A program made the translations under genes and the position numbers. 37,690 bases of DNA from an uncultured Verrucomicrobiales bacterium (lineage in GTDB: Bacteria > Verrucomicrobiota > Verrucomicrobiia > Verrucomicrobiales > DEV007), in assembly GCA_938091905.1 (NCBI GenBank), contig CALKOM010000191.1:1-37690 (forward strand). The letters are read 5' to 3'. Positions 9,020-17,251 of this stretch are shown in pieces (the first letter of the stretch is position 1; every line of letters begins with the position of its first letter). A model generated the notes under the pieces. The model did no database searches. It worked only from the letters and a program-made list of their open reading frames with translations, and was not told the origin of the DNA.

Positions 9020-10600
9020 CTACTTGCGGGGGTGCTTGCTGCCATTCAGAAGCGTTCCTAGGAATGTGTGACGAACGAAAAAGGCGTATGATAGGAGTAG
9101 TACGCTAAACGTGCTTAGGCAGATCAAGAGGAATTTCAGTCCGTGTGGCAGGCGCATTTCACTGAGCAGGACTTGTGGGACGAGGATGAGTGGAATGTGG
9201 GCGATGTAGAGCCAGTAGGAGGCATCTGAGAGGTAGCGGACCCACGGGCGCGGCGACGAGAACGTTTTCCGGAAGAAGCCGATCATCCCAAAGATCATGA
9301 TCCATGCGTAGGTGACTGATAGGGCGCTACTAGTGAAGTAGGCTTCCTGTCTAAAGCAGATTAGCCCGCCTATTAGCAAAGGAATCGCAATGAGAAAGAA
9401 CCCCTTCCAATGGCGGCCGGCTTGGTCAAACGCAGGGCGCCCGTAGGCGAGGGCACCATAGAAGAAGAAGGTCGCGTAGTAGGCCAACTTCGGCGGCCAT
9501 GGGATCAGGCCGCCGGCGGTGTCTGCGCCGAAGCTCTGAGTCATGAAGCTCTGTGAGGCAAATGTAAGAGGAAGGAGCCAGAGGAAACATGTTGGTGTCG
9601 CGACCATCCAGTTTGGAACAGAACAGGTGAGTCGTTTGCGAAGGGATAGCGCTATGAGGAAGAGGACCAGAATGAGTAAGAGGTAATAGAGAAACCAAAG
9701 GTGAACGAAGATGGGCATCTCGATCGCGAGTGCATAGCAGCGCGCTTTCGCGCGTGACCATGAATCCAATGGGCGCGCCGAGGTTCGTCCTCGAAGAAAG
9801 GCGGTCACCAAGGATTGGCGTTGCTGAAACGTGGTAGAATCGACAGGCACGGTGAACGGAACGGCGATGAATTGGACAGTGCGGTGATCAGTTTGTGCCA
9901 TCTCAAGAGGAGTTTTTCCTCGGCGGTTCCGGAGATTGGGGTTAGCTCCGTTGGCCACCAGGTTCTGCACGGATTCCACGTGTCCGAACAAGGCAGCGAA
10001 ATGGAGGGCGGTCATCCCTTGACTATTTTTGGCATTGATGTTCGCGCCGTGGTCTAGCAAACCGTTGATTGCTTCCATGCGATTGTGCATGGCTGCATGG
10101 CTAAGAGCAGTGGTTCCAAGACCATCTTTGGTGTCCACCGGGGTGCCGAGATCTCGAATATTCTGGATGGCCTCAAGGCGGCCTTGCACAGCGGCTTGCC
10201 AGATTTCTTGATGGTCTGTGAAGCGTCCGGAAGCATCCCTTTTTATCTTGGTGGAGAGCCCCCAATAACTGACAGCGATCAAAAGAGGCCAGATCACGAT
10301 GGTAAAGACTACCAGAGGTAGACCGATGTGTTTGAGGCGGTGTTTGATTAGTCCCCGAGTGCCACGCTTTTTCCACAGCATCATGGTGAAGAACCCGCTA
10401 ATGAGAAAGAAGAGTGGTAAGCGAAAGCCGTGGATAGCGTAAAGGACCGTTCCATACAACAGAGTGTTCTGGTGAAGATCTTGGGCACCCCAGGCCGGAA
10501 TGCAGATAAACGACATCATCCCATGAAGAACGATGCCTAACAGCATGGCGAAAGCTCGAAGGGCATCGAGATTGTGGTAACGTTTCGTGTGCGACGCCAT
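9020..10600 (-). CDS. Acyltransferase-3 family (OpgC/MdoC-like) membrane protein with an internal ankyrin-repeat insert
   Basis: Acyltransferase motifs RYHNLDALRAFAMLLGIVLH, FRLPLFFLISGFF, HLWFLYYL, YLSDASYWLYIAH. Ankyrin motifs GTTALSHAA..LLDHGANINAKNSQGMTALHFAA..GANPNLRNRRGKTPL. Confidence 0.9.
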   Translation of the reverse strand: MASHTKRYHNLDALRAFAMLLGIVLHGMMSFICIPAWGAQDLHQNTLLYGTVLYAIHGFRLPLFFLISGFFTMMLWKKRGTRGLIKHRLKHIGLPLVVFTIVIWPLLIAVSYWGLSTKIKRDASGRFTDHQEIWQAAVQGRLEAIQNIRDLGTPVDTKDGLGTTALSHAAMHNRMEAINGLLDHGANINAKNSQGMTALHFAALFGHVESVQNLVANGANPNLRNRRGKTPLEMAQTDHRTVQFIAVPFTVPVDSTTFQQRQSLVTAFLRGRTSARPLDSWSRAKARCYALAIEMPIFVHLWFLYYLLLILVLFLIALSLRKRLTCSVPNWMVATPTCFLWLLPLTFASQSFMTQSFGADTAGGLIPWPPKLAYYATFFFYGALAYGRPAFDQAGRHWKGFFLIAIPLLIGGLICFRQEAYFTSSALSVTYAWIMIFGMIGFFRKTFSSPRPWVRYLSDASYWLYIAHIPLILVPQVLLSEMRLPHGLKFLLICLSTFSVLLLSYAFFVRHTFLGTLLNGSKHPRK

Positions 10601-10617
10601 GGGGCAAGTTGCACCCT

Positions 10618-10646
10618 GTTCTAGAGCACTTAGAGTCCTCTAGAAC
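10618..10646. repeat. 29-bp near-perfect inverted repeat (hairpin or operator)
   Basis: GTTCTAGAG-C-ACT-TAG-AGT-C-CTCTAGAAC has 12 of 13 pairs complementary with a 3-nt loop. It lies in the 73-bp gap between two minus-strand genes. Confidence 0.6.
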
Positions 10647-10673
10647 CAATTGTACTCGGGTGCGATTGAATGC

Positions 10674-11609
10674 TCAAGGCTGATCATCGCCCAACGTGGC
10701 AATCTTCTTACCATCCCATAGCAACATCGACTTGTCGGTGTGGACGGTTAGGATCTGCTTTCCTCGCCAAACAGAGCCTCCTCTCCAGGAGTAGACGGGA
10801 CGCAGGGTGTGTGCAGTGACGATCTGGGAGGAGAAGGATTTGTAAAGGGCTAGGTATTTACCATCAGGGCTTGCCTGAAATTTGGATGGCATACTTAAAG
10901 CTTCGCCTGGCTGCTTCTTAATCTTCCAGTTGGCAACCTCAAGGATCTCCAGTCGTTCTTCCAAATACCGTTCTGATTGTGGCTTGCTTAAGTCGTAGCT
11001 AGATTCTTCAGACCCAATGAAGACATGGGTGCTCGTGGCGGCCAGACACTTGATCTGGCCACCCACTCTCTTTTCTTGAGGGAAAGGGCGCGTCCATTTG
11101 TGTTCTTTAAGGACTTTGCCGGAAGTCAGGTCGATCTGATAGTCCACCTGGTCGCTGTTGCTGGTTCCGCGTCCATCGACGAACCAATCTTCTCCAGGAG
11201 GGAACGCCGCCTCAGAGACGTCGAGTGGCTTTGTCCACAACTTATTTCCGGATGGAAACGAATACAAATTGAAGCGGAAACTCTTGGTGCTGGCATCATA
11301 GAACTTCTCTCCGAGGTCGTTCGCATCCTCTGATAGGAATGAGTGCTCGGTCTTGATAGAGACGACGCGGCGGCGCGTGTCAGGATCCCAGACAGTGAAG
11401 TCCAATCGGGAGTCCCCGGCTCCTTGGATAATCATTCCAGAAGTAGGCCACCTAAGTCCTGATGCTTGAATCGGCTGACCATAGGCAGGATCCCCAAAGA
11501 TCGTGATGAGGGCAGGATGCTTGGGGTGAGTCACCGGAATTCGCGTGAACTCAGCAAAGGCTGACAATGGTATAATAATGCCCACACTAGCACAAAGGAA
11601 TCGCCTCAT
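10674..11609 (-). CDS. Exported hypothetical protein, probably beta-propeller-like
   Basis: Signal peptide MRRFLCASVGIIIPLSAFA. WD40/PQQ-like fragments FTVWDPDT, SGNKLW, IDLTSGKV, ASPDGKYLAL, LLWDG. Confidence 0.6.
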   Translation of the reverse strand: MRRFLCASVGIIIPLSAFAEFTRIPVTHPKHPALITIFGDPAYGQPIQASGLRWPTSGMIIQGAGDSRLDFTVWDPDTRRRVVSIKTEHSFLSEDANDLGEKFYDASTKSFRFNLYSFPSGNKLWTKPLDVSEAAFPPGEDWFVDGRGTSNSDQVDYQIDLTSGKVLKEHKWTRPFPQEKRVGGQIKCLAATSTHVFIGSEESSYDLSKPQSERYLEERLEILEVANWKIKKQPGEALSMPSKFQASPDGKYLALYKSFSSQIVTAHTLRPVYSWRGGSVWRGKQILTVHTDKSMLLWDGKKIATLGDDQP

Positions 11610-11769
11610 CGTCCTGTACTAGCCTGAAACAGAAGCTCGAGCAATTGGTTTCGAGAAGACGTGGGAGCTCGGGGTTGGCCCTTTGATTCTTACCGTGACA
11701 ACTCAACTCAAGGAGGGCATGGTCTCCGACGTTGTCTGCTTGGCGCTCGAATCTGCCTATTTTGCTAAC

Positions 11770-12516
11770 ATGCCTACCGAACGTCGCCATCGTGGTCCCC
11801 ATCCGGATGATCCAAAGCTCTTCGCTGTGGAACAGGAAGCTCTTCTTCGGGAAGCCTTGGTTGATTTGGCCTGGCTATGGTCGCGTGAGTATGCCCATCC
11901 TTCGTCGACCAGGTTGGTTGGAGACCGCTACCAGCTGACGAGTCGTCAGCGAGAGGCTGTTGGACGATCTTGTTGTTCGGACGATGCGTTGATTCTGAGG
12001 GGCAAGCACCGGCTCCCAGTGAAAGCGATCAAAGGTGCTGAGCTGGTGATTGATGGCTTTAATGTTTTAGTAACGCTAGAAGTGATCTTCTCAAGAGGCG
12101 TGCTCCTACGTGGACGCGATGGTTGCCTGCGAGACATGGCCAGCATGCATGGAGGGTATCGCCTTATTGGGGAGACGTTGCCAGCCATCGGCGTGATGCT
12201 CCATGCCCTCATGTTTTGGCGCCCGAAATCTGTTCAATTCTTGTTCGATCAGCCGGTGTCGAATTCTGGGCGTTTGGCGAGCGCGATCCGGGAAGCGATT
12301 GTCGGCTTTGGATTGCCAGAAGCGACTTGGCAAGTTGGTGTCGTGCCGGATCCTGATGTGGTTCTCAAAGAGAAGACATCCTCGCTAGTCGCTTCCGCCG
12401 ATTCAGCGATCCTCGATAGTGGCAATCAGTGGATCAATCTTGCAGAAGAAATTCTCCGGTGGGGATTGGCTCGAGAAGTATTTCCTCATGATCCCTGGCT
12501 CATGGACTTGGGATGA
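11770..12516 (+). CDS. DUF434 domain protein (PIN/NYN-like C-terminal part)
   Basis: Motifs MPTERRHRGPHPDD, VGDRYQL..RQR, LVIDGFNVL, GRDGCLRDMAS, FDQPVSNSGRL, SADSAILD. The ORF track starts at TTG 11683; I prefer ATG 11770. Confidence 0.85.
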   Translation: MPTERRHRGPHPDDPKLFAVEQEALLREALVDLAWLWSREYAHPSSTRLVGDRYQLTSRQREAVGRSCCSDDALILRGKHRLPVKAIKGAELVIDGFNVLVTLEVIFSRGVLLRGRDGCLRDMASMHGGYRLIGETLPAIGVMLHALMFWRPKSVQFLFDQPVSNSGRLASAIREAIVGFGLPEATWQVGVVPDPDVVLKEKTSSLVASADSAILDSGNQWINLAEEILRWGLAREVFPHDPWLMDLG

Positions 12517-12621
12517 GGTGGTCTGTAGGCAGATGGCTTTGTCACTAACGCAATCTTGCAAATGGCGATGACGATTGCAGCGGGTAGCACATTCGATGCG
12601 CGACTCCGAAGGTGTGGACCG

Positions 12622-14340
12622 CTACATCCGGTCTGTCACGCGAATGCCTAGTAGATCGAGGCCTTGCTTGAGCACGCGCGAGGTGAGTTCACACAGAACC
12701 AAACGCGAAGCGCGGGTGCCGCCCTCGGATTTGAGGATTGGGCATTCTTCGTAGAAACTGTGGAAGGTCTGCGCGAGTTCGAAGAGATAGTTTGCTAGGA
12801 GATTGGGCCGGAAGTCGTTGAGAATGTCCGGTACCGTTTCGCCGAATTGCGTGAGCTTGATCGCGAGGGCGCGTTCGCCGTCTGCTTCTATCGTGACGGC
12901 ATCAGAGAAGGTGACGTCGTCTCCGAGCTTTCTAAAAATGGCTCGTGTCCTGACATAAGCATTCATTAAGTAAGGAGCCGTGTTTCCTTGGAACGAGAGC
13001 ATCTTGTCCCAGGAGAAGATGTAGTCCGTCATGCGGTGCTGAGAGAGTTCCGCATACTTGACGGCTCCCAGTCCGATGGCTTCGGAGATGTCCTTCTGCT
13101 CATCCTTGGAGAGCGTGGGGTTCTTCTCTTTCACAATGGCACTGGCACGCTCGACGGCTTCTTGAAGGACGTCGAGGAGCTGCACGTTGTCGCCATCTCG
13201 TGTCTTCATGATCTTGCGATCACTGCCCAAGATACTGCCGTGCGCGACGTGCGTCATGTCGACGTTTTTGCCCCGCATCTTGGTCGCGGCAAAGATCTGT
13301 TGGAAGTGCAGTTGCTGAGGTGCGCCGACGACATACCAGATCTTGTCGGCATTCAATTCGGAAACCCTGTAGTCGATGGTGGCGAGATCACTGGTGGCGT
13401 AGTTGAAGCCGCCGTCTCGCTTACGGACGATTGCTGGCTTCTCTGCAAGGGCGGGAATGTCTCTGAAGAAGATGCACATGGCGCCATCACTTTCCTCAGC
13501 GAGGCCTTTCTCGGTCAACTCGTCCACGACGGGGCCTAGCCGATCGTTGTAGAAACTTTCGCCCAAGTAGTGGTCGAACGAGATGCCTAACCAATCGTAG
13601 ATGGACCGAAGTTGGTTGAGGGAGAGGTCGACTGTCTCTTGCCAAATCGCGTGATTGTCAGCGTTACCTTGCTGAAGCTTGACTAGCTCGTCCCGGCAAG
13701 CCTGCATGACGGCTTCATCTGCCTTGGCTTCGGCATTGACCTGCCGATAGACCCTCACGAGTTCGCGGATGGCGTCTTCTGCCAAGGCTTCTTTGTTCAG
13801 ATACTTCTTCCATCCGTAGATGATCATGCCGAACTGGGTTCCCCAGTCACCGATGTGATTGTCCGTGATAACTTCATGGCCTAGAGAGCGGGCGACGCGA
13901 TTTAAGCAGTCACCGATGAAGGTGCTTCGAATGTGTCCAATGTGCATAGGCTTGGCCACATTCGGTGCGCTGAAGTCGATGATGATCGTTTGGGCAGGAT
14001 CTGCCTGTGGCACACCGAGGTGGCCATCGCTGAAGACCTTCAGGGTGTGATTCTGCAACGTCTCTGTTGTGATCTTGAAATTGATGAAGCCAGGTCCAGC
14101 GATTTCTGGCTTTTCACAGAGGCTGTCCCACTCCCCGGCATCGACAACGGCTTGCGCCAGTTCTCTTGGGTTCTGCTTGAGTCGCTTGGCCAAGATCATG
14201 GCGCTGTTGGACTGGTAGTCGCCAAAGCGCGCGTCCTTGGCGAGGCTGATGGCGACTTGAAAGCCATCAGGGATTTCGGCATCAGTTTTTTCTAGTGCTA
14301 ATGTTAGCTGTTTGCGCAGAAGTTGGGGTAAAAGTGTCAT
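12622..14340 (-). CDS. argS: Arginine--tRNA ligase
   Basis: Motifs FGDYQSN, IAGPGFINF, DFSAPNVAKPMHIGHIRST (HIGH), NHIGDWGTQFG, MKTRDG, GNTAPY; 572 aa. Confidence 0.98.
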   Translation of the reverse strand: MTLLPQLLRKQLTLALEKTDAEIPDGFQVAISLAKDARFGDYQSNSAMILAKRLKQNPRELAQAVVDAGEWDSLCEKPEIAGPGFINFKITTETLQNHTLKVFSDGHLGVPQADPAQTIIIDFSAPNVAKPMHIGHIRSTFIGDCLNRVARSLGHEVITDNHIGDWGTQFGMIIYGWKKYLNKEALAEDAIRELVRVYRQVNAEAKADEAVMQACRDELVKLQQGNADNHAIWQETVDLSLNQLRSIYDWLGISFDHYLGESFYNDRLGPVVDELTEKGLAEESDGAMCIFFRDIPALAEKPAIVRKRDGGFNYATSDLATIDYRVSELNADKIWYVVGAPQQLHFQQIFAATKMRGKNVDMTHVAHGSILGSDRKIMKTRDGDNVQLLDVLQEAVERASAIVKEKNPTLSKDEQKDISEAIGLGAVKYAELSQHRMTDYIFSWDKMLSFQGNTAPYLMNAYVRTRAIFRKLGDDVTFSDAVTIEADGERALAIKLTQFGETVPDILNDFRPNLLANYLFELAQTFHSFYEECPILKSEGGTRASRLVLCELTSRVLKQGLDLLGIRVTDRM

Positions 14341-14368
14341 GATAGAATAGACAAGAAAGGGAGACCTG

Positions 14369-14836
14369 TTAGGCTCGAGCAGACTTGGTGCTCAAGATGC
14401 GGAGGATTTCGGTGGCATCTTTGGCGTTGCCGAGCCGTTCGCGAATACGGCCATTGGTCAAAGTTTTGGCGATGGCGGCGAGCGTGCGGAGGTGCGAGTG
14501 GTACTGATCTTCCGGGACCATGAAGAGGACAATGAAGCGAACGGGAGCGTTGTCGATGGATTCAAAATCGATGCCCTCGTTCGAGCGGCCGAAGACGGCG
14601 ATGACCTGGTCCAGTTTGGAGGAGAAGGCGTGAGGAATGGCCACGCCGGAGCCAATACCAGTGCTGTTTTGATCCTCTCGCTGCTGCAGCGCATCGAGGA
14701 TGGCGGTGCGATCGTCGGCGGAGACTAGGGCCTTTGCCTGCAGATGGTCAACCAGTTCCACGATGGCGGGCCAGTGCTCCGTCGCTTCCATCTCAGCGAC
14801 GATTTGTTCAACCGTCAGGAGGGAAGCCAGATTCAT
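14369..14836 (-). CDS. PTS EIIA component (fructose/mannitol/PtsN-like family)
   Basis: REDQNSTGIGSGVAIPHA (phosphorylated His motif), GIDFESIDNAPV, HLRTLAAIA; 155 aa. Confidence 0.92.
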   Translation of the reverse strand: MNLASLLTVEQIVAEMEATEHWPAIVELVDHLQAKALVSADDRTAILDALQQREDQNSTGIGSGVAIPHAFSSKLDQVIAVFGRSNEGIDFESIDNAPVRFIVLFMVPEDQYHSHLRTLAAIAKTLTNGRIRERLGNAKDATEILRILSTKSARA

Positions 14837-15002
14837 AGTGCAGTCGTGCCGCTGAGCGGCCGCAAGGTTGGGTGAGCGAGGTTAGCGTCGACCGCTCTCT
14901 TGGCAAGTCGGTTTTTTTAAGGGGATCTCGTAGCGGGCAACGACTTCTATTCTCTCGGCTTGCCACATGGGAAGCTGGGGGTAAGGCTCCCAACGCATCT
15001 TT

Positions 15003-16121
15003 ATGAAGACAAAGACGGACGAGCAGCAGATTAGGGCGGTAGGAAAGGAATTTCAGGTCCACGGCCGATTCCTACGGGCTTTTCCGATCGGAAAGGGGCA
15101 TATCAATGACACCTATGCTGCGGACTACGACTATGGGGGGCGGACGGTCCGCTACGTCCACCAGACGATCAACCATCATGTGTTTCCAGATCCGGTCAAG
15201 GTCATGGAGAACATCGACCGAATCACAACCCACAAGCGGTCTATTCTTGCGGAAAGTGAGGATCCAGATGCGGGTCGAAAGACGCTGACCGTGATTCCAA
15301 CACGGGATGGCGAACTCTGCTACCTGGACGATGCAGGCACCTACTGGCGAACCTATATCTTTATTTCACGGGCGGAGACTTTCGATACGATTGCAAGCCT
15401 GGATCAGGCGCGCCAGGTTGCTAGAGCTTACGGAGGGTTTCAAAGCCTCTTGGTCAATTTGCCGGGGGAGCGCTTGCATGAAACGATCCCCAATTTCCAC
15501 CATGCAAGGATGCGTTATAATCGCCTGGTCGAAGTGGCGGAGAAAGATCCTTGCAATCGGGCCGCAGCCGCGGCTTCTGATATTGAGTCTGTCATTGACC
15601 GTGAGGCTAACGTGGATGTCTTGCTCGACTTCATCAATCAAGGAGCGCTTCCTGAACGGATCACCCACAACGATACTAAGTTGAACAATGTGATGATCGA
15701 TGACACGACTGGCAAAGCGATCTGTGTGGTGGATTTGGACACGGTGATGCCTGGATCGGTGCTCTATGACTTTGGCGACATGGTGCGTACGGCGACGAGT
15801 CCAGCTTTGGAGGATGAGCGGGACCTTAGCAAGGTGACCATGCAGATCGACATGTTTGATGCGCTCGTGGGTGGCTACTGGAAATCTGCAAGAGACTTTC
15901 TCTGCGATGTCGAGCGTGATCATTTAGCGTTCTCCGGCAAACTGTTAGCGCTCATGATCGGGATTCGTTTCCTGACAGATCATTTGGAAGGCGACGTCTA
16001 TTTCAAAACGCATCGAACGCATCACAACTTGGACAGGGCTCGCAATCAGTTTCAGCTCGTCCGATCCATGGAGGAGCAGGAAGAGGCGATGGACGCCGTG
16101 GTGAAGAAGCGTTGTGTTTGA
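15003..16121 (+). CDS. Aminoglycoside phosphotransferase-fold sugar kinase, N-acetylhexosamine 1-kinase-like
   Basis: Motifs GKGHINDTY, LHETIPNFH, RITHNDTKLNN, VVDLDTVMPG, YDFGDMVR, RFLTDHLEGDVYFK, HNLDRARNQ. Confidence 0.88.
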   Translation: MKTKTDEQQIRAVGKEFQVHGRFLRAFPIGKGHINDTYAADYDYGGRTVRYVHQTINHHVFPDPVKVMENIDRITTHKRSILAESEDPDAGRKTLTVIPTRDGELCYLDDAGTYWRTYIFISRAETFDTIASLDQARQVARAYGGFQSLLVNLPGERLHETIPNFHHARMRYNRLVEVAEKDPCNRAAAAASDIESVIDREANVDVLLDFINQGALPERITHNDTKLNNVMIDDTTGKAICVVDLDTVMPGSVLYDFGDMVRTATSPALEDERDLSKVTMQIDMFDALVGGYWKSARDFLCDVERDHLAFSGKLLALMIGIRFLTDHLEGDVYFKTHRTHHNLDRARNQFQLVRSMEEQEEAMDAVVKKRCV

Positions 16122-16283
16122 GTGAGACTTGCATGCCGGAGCGAAGCGTTCCTTTCCGGGGGGCGTGGCTGTGTCCGCTCCGTAGTAGGATTTGGAAGGG
16201 GTGTTAGTATGGCGGCGATGGATGTCTCACGAATCGGTGGCTAAAGAGGGCCGTACTCCCAGATTGACCGGATGTGCCGATGG

Positions 16284-17162
16284 CTAGAGGCCTGCGGCCT
16301 CTTGAATCCTGCTGATGTATAGATTGGGGGCGTGATCTAGCAGTGCGGGAAGGGGTTCGCCTACGTGGTCACCTTCGATCATGGCATGCGCAGCATCGAG
16401 CCAGGATTTGCGAGAATAAGGCAGGTGCGTTTCGTCCCCAATCGCGATGGGACAGTCTCGGCGGAGATGGGCGACTTCGCCGACGTGTTTGTAAGCGAGC
16501 TCTTCAAGGAAACTAATTTCGTAAGGGATGGTGGTGACGATGTCCTGATTGTGAACGACTCGATGAATGTTGGATCCAGTTTCGCAAGCCTCAGCAAAAA
16601 GGGGGCTGCCGACACGTGGGCATCCGAAAGTGTAGACGCCTTCGCTAGGGTGCTCGTTTGCGGCAAATAGGGCAAAGGCGCCACCGAGACTGTGGCCCGT
16701 GATCCAAAGATGGTTCGGAGGCTTGTCGGACAGGTCCTCGGTCATAGCATCGGCAATCCGCTTGTAGGCGCTGGCAAAGCCGCTGTGGACCTTGCCACCC
16801 GTTGGCCATGCCGTCAGCAGGGTATTGATATTGAAAAACCAATGTTGAAGATCGGCGGTGCCTCGAAAGGCCAGAACGTGGTGATCCCGTTCGGTGACCG
16901 AACGCAGCCGAGACCAGTGGAGGTTTTGGTTGCTGTGGTGGGAGATTTCCTCCATGCCTGTCTTCGACAGTAGCGATTGTCGCTTGTCAGGATTCTCTTC
17001 ATAGGTGAGCTGACAGAGCCAGGCGAGGACGAGAGCGTTATCGGGATGGAATTCGGGCCCCGTGCGAAGCTTGGGAAGCTCAAGCGGTGCCAGATGGGCT
17101 GCCGGATTGAAGACCAACTGCCACAGGCGCGCGAGGCGTTCGTTCTCTGAAGGACTGCTCAT
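16284..17162 (-). CDS. Lipase class 3 family protein
   Basis: Motifs VLAFRGT, GKVHSGF, ITGHSLGG (nucleophile elbow), YTFGCPRVG, DIVTTIP and C-terminal DH. An alternative GTG start is at 17180. Confidence 0.9.
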   Translation of the reverse strand: MSSPSENERLARLWQLVFNPAAHLAPLELPKLRTGPEFHPDNALVLAWLCQLTYEENPDKRQSLLSKTGMEEISHHSNQNLHWSRLRSVTERDHHVLAFRGTADLQHWFFNINTLLTAWPTGGKVHSGFASAYKRIADAMTEDLSDKPPNHLWITGHSLGGAFALFAANEHPSEGVYTFGCPRVGSPLFAEACETGSNIHRVVHNQDIVTTIPYEISFLEELAYKHVGEVAHLRRDCPIAIGDETHLPYSRKSWLDAAHAMIEGDHVGEPLPALLDHAPNLYISRIQEAAGL

Positions 17163-17251
17163 TGGTGGAGAACCTAGCACAAGAAAAGCGGATTTGGCGC
17201 GAACCTGGCTTGAAACACAGGGGTTAGCGCTTGTAGTTTCTCCCTAGATCT

